A stretch of 53,168 nt of DNA, from the NCBI GenBank assembly GCA_013115145.1, contig JAAPAO010000204.1:1-53168 (forward strand), read 5' to 3'. A program made the translations under genes and the position numbers. The notes under the pieces were generated by a model. The model worked only from the letters and a program-made list of their open reading frames with translations. It was not told the DNA's origin and did no database searches. The stretch is from Perkinsus chesapeaki ATCC PRA-425 (lineage: Eukaryota; Protista; Perkinsozoa). This document shows positions 9,201 through 22,559 of the stretch, one piece after another. Numbering within the stretch: position 1 is the first letter of the stretch; the number at the start of each line of letters is the position of its first letter.

Positions 9201-12200
9201 GTTGATTATAGTGAGTGAATTTCTACTATATTGAGTACAGTTCTGCTCCTGTATACTACTGCCTCATAGTTGGGCTCCATAGAACCTTTCTGGGTGGCTT
9301 CGAAGCTGAATCTCCTTCAATTGCCCAATGTGCAATTAAACGATCGGGTCAACACAAGATCCACTTCCAATGGGTACCATTGTGACCTTTGCGAACTCCG
9401 TAAAATTGGGGAACTCGCGGCAAAGCTTAGTTGCATTGTTATACCGTAAGTTTTCAGATATAAAAATATTGCATGCCTTGACGGTATGGAATACCGCGCT
9501 CCCGTCTTTATGGCGTAGACTTTACGGTTGATTAGAAGTTTCTACTGGTTAATTGATATATTCATACTACCCTATTTAGTGTCCTCTAGCTCCCTCTGTG
9601 CTTGGATTAGGCAGTTCGTATTACCCATTTAGTGTTATCAGGATATTACGATGAGTCTGTGTTATTTAGGCACGGGTAACAAAGATACATTGGCGAAAAT
9701 ACCAAGGGATGCTTTACTAAACTTCCATAATAAATGGTGAGATATTTTTGGACTCTCCTGTGGATGGTGCAGCGCTATTGGCGCTCAAATCAGATCGATC
9801 TGAGTCTAGAACTTTCATAGTTCGAATCTTCACGTTCCATAAGACCATAGACTGCAGCGCTTCCAGTGTTTGCGTTGGGAACTTCTGCTTCGATCACAGT
9901 TCTTTGCCTGTTCCCTTGGCGTTTTAGCTGTTCCAGCTTTGCACTTTTAGAGCTCGGAGGGAACTGCAAGGTCGACCGGTGCCGCGTGAGATATAGCCCT
10001 TAAAATTCCATTTTTGTCAACTGGTCCAACGATCGTTGCAAAGGAAACTCGGCGTGAACTTTTAACTTGCTTTTTTACTAGATTCGCACCGTTTTTACTC
10101 GAGTAAAAACGCTAAGGAAGTTTGTTGTGTGTAGGTACTCTGCCAATATAATGAAGCTTGCTGTTATTGGCACAGAGTCCTTGGACGAGCTGCAGGACTC
10201 CGTAATGGAGGTAAAGAGGTGCCGAGCGGAGCGAAGCGAGTCATGTTCCTCATTTCCAGAAATTTTCCGAAGTTGTCAATAAGGACGTTCACATCCCAGT
10301 TGACTCGGAGTTCGGCGATGCTTCGTTTTTGAAGAATATCGACAGGCCGCTCCCGAATGATGTTAACCATATAATTCATGTTTCAGACTCTGCTAGAGGT
10401 ACGAATGCTGACCTATTTCGTATCTTGCATGCGGCAGGTTGAGATACGGATGTCATTTTTCAGGCCTAGTTTCTTTTGTGGTTCCTATCAGAGAAATTCG
10501 CCAAGTTGATTTCGCGTTCTTCATGCCGACGCAATCGCCGCTTTGGGAGACCAAACCATCAAGGTAACTAAAGCGTCTCATACCGCTCTTGCCGCAACCT
10601 TCTGAACTTCACAGGACGAGTGTCTCCTCTGGCATAATACTGATGGGGAAATGAATATATTTTATTTTCGTGGCTCTTGTCCTTTCTATTTATAATAGTT
10701 TCCCAGTCAGGAGTTCTTTCTGTAATGGCTGAAAATGTTCGAAAAGTTCTGCCAAATTCACATCAGCGATCAAGGATTTCCGAGCTCGTTAGCGTCGCCG
10801 TTTCAGATACCTCTCACACATCTTCGGTCATGAAGGAGAAGGCTCTCTATTATCATACCTCAAATCCCAAGGCCTAGCTACCGGCCTGTCAGCGGGCGCT
10901 GTCTATGATACTGCTGGATTATCTGTTTTCAAGTGGGCAACGAACGGGGCTATCCGTAATTTTGAAAAGTTGATAGATAATTGAATATAATATAATATTT
11001 ATATTGAATAAAAATAGTAATTTTAAAGTTTTGAATTTGTTGATAACCCAGCTCGGAACTATTTGTCATTTTAATTTTCATTGTTGAAACTTCCTCTCCC
11101 TATAGGTGACGGCCCTCGGGTAGCCTTCCAGCGCTTCTGCTTATACGTCAGGCTGGTTGTCGATCATGGCACCTTCAGGACCTGGGAAGGAGCCCCAATC
11201 TTTCAAGCAGCTCGTTTTTTCCTTTCTCACCACGATAGATTCACGGATTAGTATTCGCCTCTCATATTTCTGTAGTTGCCGAGCGTGACTCCTTTCATCT
11301 CCAGTGTTCTCAGGATAAGCATTTCCATACCGAACTCGGCCTTTGAATTGGCCGCCAAACCGATGGATGTGATTCAGCGGATCAGCGAGGCCGTTGCACA
11401 GTAAGGATAACAATGCATAATTTTGTGGCGCAGTGACGATTGTCAGATACACAGCAGTTTGTCGTAGCCTGGCCGCTGAGGAAGGGCCTAATGGTTACCC
11501 TCCATTGTGGAAGGAAATGAGGATGGTTGAAGAGATGCAGTTTAGGTGAGTTCACTTGGGAATCTTGCAGATGAATATCGTCGGAAATCGCCCGGCCGGA
11601 TCACGTCACGTGGGGCTCGTATTCGAAACCGGCACCATAGTTAACTTCGAAACACGAAGATTCAGCGGACCACACAGTTAGAAGATGCCCTCCTCAGGCC
11701 GCCGCCGCCCAACCCAACTGAGGCAGTTGCAGCAGTTGGAGCGCTGAAATTCCCTCTTGCTTGCGTAGCCCACCGCTGTGGACAGTAATCTGATTTGCTT
11801 TGTAATTATTAATTTCTTAATACCGTTAATCAGTAAACGAATTAAAGCGAAGCTTAGGAATGTCTTGAAGCATCACGCACCCGACGAGGCCCACAGTTCC
11901 ATTGCTGATATCTCGCTCCGCCATATCCGCGCTGCTGCGAGCTCCGACTCCGAAATCTAGTTGACCATTTTTCGTCCACTTTCCTTCGCGACAGCCTACT
12001 CAGCCGATTACGTGGATAATATCCGTTATCAGACCGATTATAATAAATATATCCGTTATCGTGCATTTAATGATCTCAGCCAGCTCGGGATACTCGTTCC
12101 TCCTCAAGTTTTGGGATTCCAGACGGCACATAATAGTATCTATATGGGAATATTCATAATTATGGTAAAATAGTAATGGTAATATCAACCAGGTATACCG

Positions 12201-15200
12201 CAACACTAGCGCCAGGGAAAACATGGAAAAATCTCAAAAATCTGTTTTTGAGGATTTTTCGGGGAAAAAAGCGATTTTACGAGTACTCTCTATTTCTCTC
12301 AGATTTCAATCGATGCTCGAACCGATGTCGGCAGTCCAGCAGGGATCGATTTCGATGCACCAGCCCTATCCTATTAAAATGGTAGCAGACAATTTTGTGG
12401 CGCAGTGACGATGAGAGTCGGTTTTTTCAGGTGTTCAGTGGTGGTGTGTTGGACGAGCATTGGGATAGGAAGCAAGTTCAAGAGCATCTCGATATGATCA
12501 ACTCTGAGAAGTACGAGGGACCAGGGCCACAACCCCCGGCAAATGTCAGGAGGGACTCCCTTCATGGGAAGAGAAACCTTGGCAAGGTGCCACTGACCTT
12601 TAGGGCTGGAGGTCTAATAGAAAGGAGTTTGATAGGAAATATGCTACTAGTGATACGGAGGAGATATAATAGAAAGGAGTTTGATAGGAAATATGTTACT
12701 AGTGATACGGAGGAGATATAATAGAAAGGAGTTTGATAGGAAATATGTTACTAGTGATACGGAGGAGATATAATAGAAAGGAGTTTGATAGGAAGTATTT
12801 TTCCTGAAGAATAATAAAATTGATCCAGTTTGGAATCTTTTGCACGAATGCACATGTGTTCTCTCTCAGCATGTTTTTGCGAATAGTCGGCAAGGAATTC
12901 GAAGGCTTTTGTGATCAACACGAAAAATGGTAAGTTATCATTCATGGAGTTCGTGACCTTTTCGCCAAGGTATGGTACCACTTACGGTTTGGCATCCAAT
13001 GACGTTAAAAGGAGTATCTTTGAGAATTGGAAGGCGACTGAGGGAGGTGAGGCCGGCGTATCTTTCAAGCTTCAAATCGAGCAATGCTTCCGTTATGGCT
13101 TTCTGTATTGTACTTAATTATCAATTTAATTTCCTAATACTTCTTATTTTCTTAATTATTATAATTATATATTTCCGCGAACCGGTTCCTAGAGTGAGTC
13201 CACCAAATCCCGGCAAAGTTCGGCAATATTCTCAGAATCTATAACGTCAGTCAAATAGTGGGAGGCTTTAGCTTCTCCGCTATTTCCGGAGAAGGCCTGT
13301 TGTGACTGTGGAATTTCTGCTCTGCAGAGCTAGTGCAAACTCGGTAAATAGCTTCTTGAGCTGCTCGATCGAGGAGGGTCAACTGCAGCAGTTCATTGTC
13401 ACCGATTCAGATATCTCCAAGGCAGTAGAGAAGGCAACTCAGGACGGCATGGCGCTGCCTAGAAGGAATCCTTTCATCGCTGAACGCCTAGATGTGAAGC
13501 TTAAAGGTGAGAGTGACTCAATTTTGAAAGATTTCGTGCATTCTGATTCGCTGTATATGGTTTGAGCTCGGTGCCGAAAGATACTTTTGAGCTCAACCGA
13601 TGCCAGTGTCGGAATGCTAGCGGGTTGTTACGTCTAGTGTATCGGCGATCTTTAAGCGATCCACAGCCTTGGCAATTTGTGCGCTCCCCGGCTCAATGGA
13701 GTCAGCACTGAGTGAAGGGTAAATTGCAAGCCTTGGTTTATATTGTGATGAAGTGAGTACTTGTGAGACTTCATCACAGGGCTCATTTTCGCTAATTTAA
13801 ATCGTGCTGCTGTCGATTCTCTATGATTGCTAGTATGCCTCTAGACTCAATTGACGGTTGCCTGAAATGACTTCCGAGTAATATCACCGTAAATTATTTC
13901 GGATACTCTTTCGCGGGAATTCCTCTTGTTTTCCCCTTCTGTTTAGAGGAGTACCCGAAGGATTACTGGCCGGCACCGAAGGTTCTCAGCGACTGCGGAT
14001 CGAACGTGCGCGTTTTCTTCAAGCAAGATGGCCGCTTCCACATCCCCAAGACTAATGTCATGCTGGTAAGCTGTTACCGTGCGCATGCGTGAAAATTGTC
14101 GTCGTGGCCTGGCAGAATCTTTTCGCACCCTATGCATTGGATTCCCAGCGACGAGCGTTACAGGTGGCCGCCGCGGCAATGTGCCGAAGTGAGGAGCTCA
14201 ATGAGATGGCCTATGATGCGGAATGTGCTGGTTTAGTGTAAGTTCTCGCGCGCCCGGAAATAAAGGTATGACACTTCCGTGGAGATTGTTTTAAAGGCTG
14301 TGATTCGCTGGATCTGATGTATGGCTCACCTGTTGGACGAGCTCGAGCGTTTGCGAGGTGAGGGATTTTCACGGAGTGATGACTGGCGGAAGGCTAGAGG
14401 AGAATTAATAGAGGCTACTTGTAATTTCGGTTACTGTCGGAAGGTGCCCTCTGCATGCGTATACGATTGAAGCGGCGGCGGGCATGGTTAACTAGCGCGA
14501 GAACAACGCACGTTATTGATTGTAGGTATCGATTGGTGGGCGACTCAGAAGGCCTGAGGATATCCGTATCGGGTTACGATGACAAGTTGGAACTGTTGCT
14601 CAATAAAGTTTGCCATAAACTAAGAGATGACAAACCTATTGATGAAGCTGCATTTGAGAGGGTAGGCTTGTTATAGTGGTCGCTGTCACGAATTCGGGAG
14701 ATCATTTGCGGACTGTTAACAAATCTCAATCTAAAAATTTGTGTCGCTTTTGGATAATGAGTGAAAAAATTAAATTAGCTATTGGAAATATTCGATGCCA
14801 AATTTCACGAATAATCCTTCTCGACTTTCCGACACTTTAAGAATTGGGAATGTTGTTGAATGAAGACACATTTGGTAGCACTCCAGGATATAGCGAATTG
14901 ATCAGAATATCATTATTTATCCGTGAGCAATGCTTATTTATTACAGTATTATATGCAAATATTACGGTAAACGGATTGATGTATTTGAGCTTCATTACCA
15001 TTAATTAGCGATAGACTCCTCCTCACCACTTAAGTCCATCAGATGATTTCCCAACATTTTTAGTGCAAATTTTTTACATTGTTGGCTGTCTTGATCACTT
15101 GACAGATTTTTGAGAATCAGCCGGAGTTTTCCGTCACTTGTTGTTCCCATTGCTTCACTGTCATTAGACGTCACAAATAGGATTCACAAATATCTCTTCC

Positions 15201-18200
15201 CTTGGTCACCTTCCCAACTTGGAGTGTTGTCTTCAGGTAAAGGATCGTTTACTACAAGGTTTCAGAAATACAATAAACCAGCGAGCCCCATACCAGCATG
15301 CAATGGATCTAATAAGATCTTTAACAGCTGTAAGTTGCATTAATCAACCTTTGGATATTTTTCGAAAGTTCCAACGAAATCTAAGTTTTCCTTACGCTCT
15401 TTTTCCCCCGCAAATTACCGGCGTGTAGGGTAAATCCAGTGAAGAAGAGTTAGAGGTGGTTGCCTACACGTTTTGACGAGGAAGAGAAATATCGATGAGT
15501 CAAAACTCTGGACCTAGAACTGCCGTACAGTGCTGGAAAGTTTACCAATATAAGTATGACTTTGCCATCGAGACTTACCACTCTTCTATTTTTCGATTTT
15601 GGCATTGCCAAAGATTTGTTGTTTTTCGCGGTGCTTCGGTGGCGGGATTTCGGTTGCTGGTTTGACTATGATATTTCTTGTCTTTTTTTCAGCGTCCCTA
15701 TCACAGGCTCACAACATCTTTGGACATCGCGTCGGATTTCACCACAGATGATGTGAATGGTGTCATCCGAGAAGTCCTTTCGGAAGGAGTTGTTATTGAA
15801 GGCCTCATCGAGGTAAACGGGAAAACACTCGTTTTAGAAATGTGTTGTTCAACGACATGATTGGTATCAGCTCATTATAGCTCATTTGCAATATATCCTA
15901 AAAACGTTGTATTATAACTGGAATGAATTACATTTCTTCAAACAAGACTTGTGGACCATTTCATGCCAGAAAGTGGCAGCCTAGTCGAGCGAGAAGCTCG
16001 CTGCGAGCTTGACCGTGCCAAGCGATTGATGAAATATTATACATGGTGCGTAGAAGTGATTAATTGAATTTGGACCAAACCACGACTTAATTGTGACCCT
16101 TACGTGTGGTGCTATTACATACTCCTTAACAACGACGACTCGGGCGTGGAAATGTCGCGGCTCGACCGAGGAAGCCCATAACGGTTGTTTGGTATTATTA
16201 GGGTAACACACGTGCTGATGAAGCGAAAGGAATAGTAAAGGAAGCGACGGATATGTTCACAGTTGCTGGAGATGGCAAGGAACCTATCACGCGAAGGTAG
16301 GGGGAATTTCGAGGTGCGCGGTCATTGTGAATGGTCAGAGCTGTTGCGGATTTAAGCAAGGTCGATGGTGAGAGTGCTATGTTGGTGGACGGACACAAAG
16401 ATTTTGTCATCACTCGTCCGGGTGGGTTGGGAAATGATACCAACGAGTTAACTGAAATAATAATTGAAAGAAAAAAAATCAATTTCGCGCAACTTGCATT
16501 TGCAGACAATACTGTAGAATTTATAAGAAGAAGGCTATATTACTAACTTGCTCATAGATAACCTTGCCTGTGATGTAAGACTTTAGCCAAACGAACGAGT
16601 TGGCGCAAAGCGAACTGTAACAAAGGGACAGACGTGAAAGAACATGGGCTACAGCGATCTAAGTCCAATTATTCAGCATGAATCCTTGTGATTAATACTC
16701 CCTAGTTCATTAATTGGACATCGCTGGCTACTGTGCAGAGATAGGTATCACGCAGGTCTCTGCAGAAATGTGAAAATTTCGGGGCGCACGCGAATTCATG
16801 GGTTAGAGAAGTATCATTGAGGAGCTTTCAAGACGGTATTTCTACGCCATAGGAGTGGTGAATTTAATATAACTCCTATTGCTCTTAAAGGTGTTGTTAA
16901 ATTACCTAAAGGATTTGAGCTACAATGGGATTGGGAGCCATCCGTAGTATTACTGCATCTGCACCATATCGTTAGGGGCAGCATAGTCGTTGTGACACAA
17001 CCATTATAGATTGGGCTCATAGTAAACGGGACAGGAGAGTAAAAGAACTGAGTAATGGGTAGATTCTACTCTGTAGAATATCTCGAGTAAGGGAAGCTAC
17101 TAATACGATGGTGGATACGACAATCGTGCGATAGACATTAATTGTGTGATTTATATAGTGTAGATCTCTCACTTCTGAAGGGGCGAGTAGCTTCTACCAA
17201 CTAGAAGTTGATAAATGCGAGATAGTGCACATCGATGAGATGCTTTCGTGACGCTTCGAGGTTTAAGTGTCCTTCTGGTGTTCTTAGGGGCAAATAAAGA
17301 CGAGAAGAATGGTGCGGTTGTGATGACGTTACATCTGGGATGGCAGAAGTCTCCAGGAGCTAAAACCGAACAGGAGGATGCTGATGATGTGAGAATTCAA
17401 TTACTCTCAACAAATGCTGCGGAACTGAGCTGGTCCCTCCCAGACTAACTTAGACTTAGTTCCGAAAACGGGTATATTTGAAAAGTCGCGCGCCGCGAAA
17501 TCTTACCTGTTCGAAAAGATACCTGCGATGTGATGCTGTCAGATTCTCTTGAGTTGCCGAGCGAACGTTTTATCGCAAATACTGAGTCAGAAATTTTTTG
17601 ACTCTTTGAGAACAAAGCAACAACTTGGGTAAGAACCACGGGCATCATGGGTGAGTGTTCGCAGGAGGATTCGCGGAACTCGAAAGTGTCGTTTTCCCAT
17701 CAGTCTGTTTTCCCTAAATTAAATATTTTTTTATTTTATATTAGTATCCAAACACTCCGTGCTCTGTTGCTGATCAGTAGTAAAATTTTGCTCAAGTGCA
17801 TATTGCAAAATTCTAGAACGGATTTCTCTAAAAAATACGGTTGAATGGGATTTGTAAAACTGTGATATCTTGACGGCAATTGACCTCAATTGTTGAAATG
17901 TACGATCATCTCTCAGTTATATCGTCCACTCGTCATTGCGAATCGTCGAACGTGAAGTTGGTATGCTGTTTTTGGTACAATCTGAAGTCAGCGTTTTGGA
18001 CGTACAAAAGAGGATCGAAGAGTTCATCGATGATATACCCAATATGGTAGGACGATCTTGGTTTGTGTTCTCGACGAGTAACGGGACAACTCCCTCATTC
18101 CCTAAATTCTTTCCCATACTATCATCTCATTTTCCTACTCAGCTTTCGTCTCTGACTGATGAAGAGTACCGCGACTACATCAAAGCAGTTGTCGAGAATC

Positions 18201-18626
18201 TCAAGGAGACGCCGAAAAAGCAAGGTAGGAAGGCTTTAACATTTATTGTACCTCGACTATTTCTGAAGTGCTCATATTTGGCATTCACCATTGAGTTTTG
18301 TTTTCAGCTGACGAGTTCAATCGCCACGTTGTTGAGATTTCTGCCCGACGCTTCGACTTCGAGCGAAGACCGAGGCTCATAAAGCTGATCGAGACAAATC
18401 CCGAAATCACACAAAAGGACAAAATGGTAAGTTGCCTTGAGATTGTAGAACTGTAGAATCTACAATGTTCAAGGTTGACTATGCTCGCAGTGCGTTTGCG
18501 AATGGCGAACGTGTTTGGGCCAGAGTCACCGGCTCGGCGGAGTCCCTTCCTGATGAGCTATCTGACGAAGTTATCGACTCATTGCGTGAAAAGCATTCTT
18601 GGGTGGAAAGCAACACTCACTTTTGA
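6252..18626 (+). CDS. IDE: Insulysin / insulin-degrading enzyme family metallopeptidase (M16A), 31 exons, about 1017 aa
   Basis: Exons 6252-6344, 6654-6709, 7901-7981, 8033-8129, 8602-8691, 8985-9096, 9670-9736, 10135-10210, 10260-10398, 10464-10563, 10807-10932, 11314-11400, 11447-11545, 12303-12381, 12431-12510, 12870-12929, 12970-13046, 13411-13506, 13947-14065, 14116-14237, 14526-14661, 15237-15329, 15693-15812, 16202-16296, 16339-16421, 17288-17388, 17543-17628, 17917-18046, 18143-18224, 18308-18426 and 18474-18626. All are GT-AG and phase-compatible (3054 nt total). Motifs: inverted Zn site HFLEH, NAFT, REVQAVNSE, GHEGEGSL, FKQD..F.IPK, LRTKQQLGY. Confidence 0.95.
12615..12794 (+). repeat. 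52-bp minisatellite (about 3.5 units) in IDE intron 15
   Basis: TAATAGAAAGGAGTTTGATAGGAAATATG(C/T)TACTAGTGATACGGAGGAGATA starts at 12615, 12667, 12719 and 12771. Confidence 0.97.
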
Positions 18627-19152
18627 TTGTTGTGTACTGTTTGAGTGCTATTAAGTTTCCAGTACCCATATAGTATTGAGTCTCGATAGTCGGCGATTTC
18701 ATTACCAAGAACATTCTAGAGTCAAGTGCAGCACTGCTGCAGCAGCAGCTGACAGTTCATTTGCCATACTATCACGCGATTTATTGGCCCCGTTAATTCG
18801 GGCCTTCCCCTACAGGAAAACCATCAACATATCACCGGTAGCGCTTGAAGCTCCACGCTACTTCAACGGTGTAGATATGGAATCGTGGTTCACAAACTTC
18901 TACCAGGCCTGTGTTCCTGGCAAATGGATGGGGATATTCTACCGCAGACCGTAGCTCTGGAAATTGTGATATGTCATGAAAATAGCCAAAAAAATTATTT
19001 TCGAGTCTTGGCTGCCCGACTTGGATTTATGGGTAATCGAGGTCGTAGAATTTGGCCGAGAAGGAGAATAGACGAAATTCGATCTGGCTGGCGAAAAATT
19101 TGCCCACCTTGGCGCGCATTTCTAGATGACACGTACTGTAGCTGTTCGCCTT

Positions 19153-20323
19153 ATGGCTGCGCGTCTTCGTGTCGAGCGTCATTACGGTGGTTACGGTTCC
19201 GACAGCGACGTTGTGAGCGAAGGACGGTGCCTCGGGTAAGCCCAGGAAAATATTCAGATGAACTGTCGATCCTTTACAGAGTGGAAGAAGGCTCCGATTT
19301 GGGGGAAAGTCTACTGGACGATACAACGAACGAGTTCACAGCAATGCCTACAACTGCCGAGGAGTACCTTCGATTGGTGAGGAAACAGACTAAGGCATGC
19401 CCGAAAGTGGTAACAGTTGTCGAAGATGAAGCGGCGGAAGGTAAGATGAACGGGCTGCTGACCAGAGCAACTGAGTAAATGCGAAGCCAGCTTGAGAATG
19501 CCAAAGCTTGCTCAATTGCTTTGGGCAAGTAGCATTCATTGGAGGAAAGAAACCAACTTTGAAAGACTCTTAGCTTCCCTGATCAGCGACAAGGCTGAAC
19601 TTGTTAGGCGGCTCTGCGATGCCCGACGATGCGGTGGAGAACCTGCCAATCGATCGGTCGGAGGAGATTCTAGGAGAAAAGCTGAAGTCCGGGGAACTTG
19701 TGCAAGCTGTTATTGAGTAGGTGCGGTTTTTAATATCGTCAGATAGTCTTTTATCAGTTGTTTTGACTCACTTCGAGGAAAGCTGAATGAGACACGAAGA
19801 GACAGCAAAACGAACGAGACCGAAGTCTTCGACAGTGAAATACTGCGGATGGTAAGGTCGACACTACCCCAACTTGTGTCAGAAGCTTCTGGAGAGCGCT
19901 ACGCTATCCGTTAGCGACTTCGAAAGCTAATTTCGATTCCTCCTAGGAACCCACCACACAAGCAATCGAACAGCTCTCGGCATCGGCTATCGTTGAAGGC
20001 ATTGAATATTTGGTAAGATCAGCACAAGTCCGAGTTAAATGTCTATTTCATCTTTAGGCACTAAGTAGTTTTACCGAGAGTGGCACCGAGCGGTTTATAG
20101 ACTGGACATTTTGCTTGTTAGCCGGTCTTGACATCCCTCTGCTTGATTGTACGATGAGCTCTCTACAGGTATGCAGTGTATGATAGAATGAGATCACTTT
20201 ATTGCTTGTCAGTTGATTAAAAGGAAATGTGTGCATCTGTGCGGCGTGGTCGATCAACCAGCGTTGCAGTCCAAATGCCTAATATTAATCATTATCATTC
20301 GAGGTTTCTTTGGTCAACGCTAA
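19153..20323 (+). CDS. GEMIN2: Gemin2 / SIP1 (SMN-interacting protein), multi-exon
   Basis: Exon 1 19153-19235 (MAARLRVE...), exon 2 19280-19440 with PTTAEEYLRLVRKQTKACPKVV. Later exons encode EPTTQAIEQLSASAIVEGIEYL, WTFCLLAGLDIPL and CLILIIIIRGFFGQR*, matching the Gemin2 N- and C-terminal patterns. Confidence 0.72.
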
Positions 20324-20776
20324 TAACATCTGAAAGATTGTTCTGTGTTGTTAATTCTCAATACTGAAGGGGTTAATTTAAGTTGTAGAGTACACGATCA
20401 GACATAACAGTTATGCTGTAATTTATGCCCTTTAGTATAGCGAGCTCAGCTCAAGTGTAGCTACTGTACAACAATCAATCGATTAAGTTCCATCTGCACT
20501 AGAGGATCGTTCCATTAACTCAAGAGCAAGCATTTGGTAGGAGGGAGAAGAATATACGATTGACATCTAAGGAGCACTTTGGAACCTTTATGTACGCATG
20601 AACAAGCGACGCGCATAAAGAAGCGGCCACTTATCCGCGGATAAGGACCGCCCATACCATTGTGTTCTGTGAACTGCACGAGAACGTGGTCGTTTCAGAG
20701 ACATGACTTATACAGGGACATCTAGGCCCAGAAAGAGACTTACAAAGCATCCACTATTTATGAGGGGGCAATAGAG

Positions 20777-21568
20777 TTAGATTTTTCTTAGTTGCAAATA
20801 TCTACCAGATACTTTCATATTCAGATCCTGTGGTTCACCGTTACCCAACAGACGAAGGTCACTGCCCGATTGTTCTCCAATAGATCCGCAGTTCCTCCTC
20901 AGAATGCTGTATATTCTCAGATCATCACTGTTAGAGTACCGGATTACGAAAGCCTGGCCCGGGCCATTCTGTACCGCCGGAAACGGGCCGAACGCCCTGG
21001 CGAATTTGTCTTGAGGACACATCACTGTGTACTCGACAAAGTATGAGCTGGAACCATCAGTGATATTTTCAGTAACCATAACTGTCAAGTCAAGGAAACG
21101 GTGATGGTAGTAATAGTTACCAGGGGCCAATGACTGGTAATAATACTTCAGTGTCGTCTTACTGTTGAAGAAGTATATGTCGATAGTATTAGTACTCCCG
21201 TCCAGAGTTATATTATCAAAACCAGTCGGTTCAGAGCCATTGAACCTTGGACAGTCTTTTTGTATCTTCTCAAACCATGCCTTGACCGCACCTGGCGGAA
21301 AATCAACTTTGAACCGATTCGCCCCAGTTCGGATCAAATTCTTAATACGAACTACCTGGGGGGGACGTCTGTCGCAGGAGTAAACTATCAAAACTTTGTT
21401 GCCATCCGAAAATTTGTAGATTAGTTGAAGGTTGCCCTCTACATGTCCATTATCATAAAAGAATACACCATCAGGTAGTTCTTGCCGGAATGGAGGAAAC
21501 TCACGCGGAGCACCACGCACCAGAGTTATCAGCGATAAGAGGAGTGAGATAGTCCAAGTAGGAGCCAT
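20777..21568 (-). CDS. Intronless lineage-specific secreted protein (263 aa)
   Basis: Long open frame. ATG at 21568 gives the signal peptide MAPTWTISLLLSLITLVRG. Beta-rich mature part with sparse Cys. No known domain recognised. Confidence 0.65.
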   Translation of the reverse strand: MAPTWTISLLLSLITLVRGAPREFPPFRQELPDGVFFYDNGHVEGNLQLIYKFSDGNKVLIVYSCDRRPPQVVRIKNLIRTGANRFKVDFPPGAVKAWFEKIQKDCPRFNGSEPTGFDNITLDGSTNTIDIYFFNSKTTLKYYYQSLAPGNYYYHHRFLDLTVMVTENITDGSSSYFVEYTVMCPQDKFARAFGPFPAVQNGPGQAFVIRYSNSDDLRIYSILRRNCGSIGEQSGSDLRLLGNGEPQDLNMKVSGRYLQLRKI

Positions 21569-22559
21569 TTCAATGCAAAATAAATGAACTGAGTAATTGC
21601 AATACCTCAGCTGCGATCTATTCCGAGCCGGAATTTCCGTCAGGAATCCGCTCTTCAACTCAGCAACAGAAACTAAGGATACCGTCAAAGGTGAATGTCT
21701 TGGACTCCATTCAAGCAGTGAACCGGTTTGTGGTAATCCATGTTGGTATCTTATCATACTGTTACATAAGTCTATCGAGCTCGAAGAATAACCAAAATGT
21801 GACTCTACGTTAGCAACTGCCACTTCCCTGTCCACAATCGCGATTTGTCTGGGTTTGAGCGACGCGTCACGGTTCGCACTGATCCGCACAAACCTCGGAG
21901 TAAGACTCAATGACCACAGTGTTGTATTATAACTTGTCATACAATATCTGGTCGATCGGGGTATGATTCATAACGAGCAGGTACCAAGTGATAGGAGGCT
22001 TCTGCCGATTTTATCGTATATTTCATTCTGTCAGGTTTTACTCTGAGGAAAAACTGCCCCTTGCGCGATAATTGTGTATTTTCTTGCGAGCGCATGAACG
22101 TGATGGCAGTGACGACGAAGTAAATCGATTTCCCGCACAATCTACCACAAAGAAGGGTTCTGACACACTGTATCGAATGTCTCGTAAAATTGTTCAAGTT
22201 TCGAGTTTAGACGACTCCCGTGAGGAGTTAACCGGACCTCGGTTTGCTTTTTAGAGTAAAAGGTTACCGCATTCTAGGGGAAGGAGCCCCTACGAAATAA
22301 CTCCTCCCATAATTCCCCTACTTACCATACTCATACGGCATGATCCATACCAAGTAAAGCTTAATCCTGCCCTGGATCCTCCACCAGAGGACACGATATG
22401 TACCGTACAGGCTGGATAGGTCTCCGCTGAAATGGAGCGGCTCAATCACTTGTCCGCCGAGGTATTTAATGAAGGGAATTAATCATTCTTTCCTCATTGT
22501 GGTGCCTAATTGGCCCGAGATCCTCGCATCAACCAATACATACGTATTATATGACATGA

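Noticed and set aside
17063-18466. TCTAC/GTAGA hairpins (17063-17079, 18442-18466) resembling Cas12a repeats
   Set aside because: Isolated 7-8 bp stems in introns with no array. Expected by chance.
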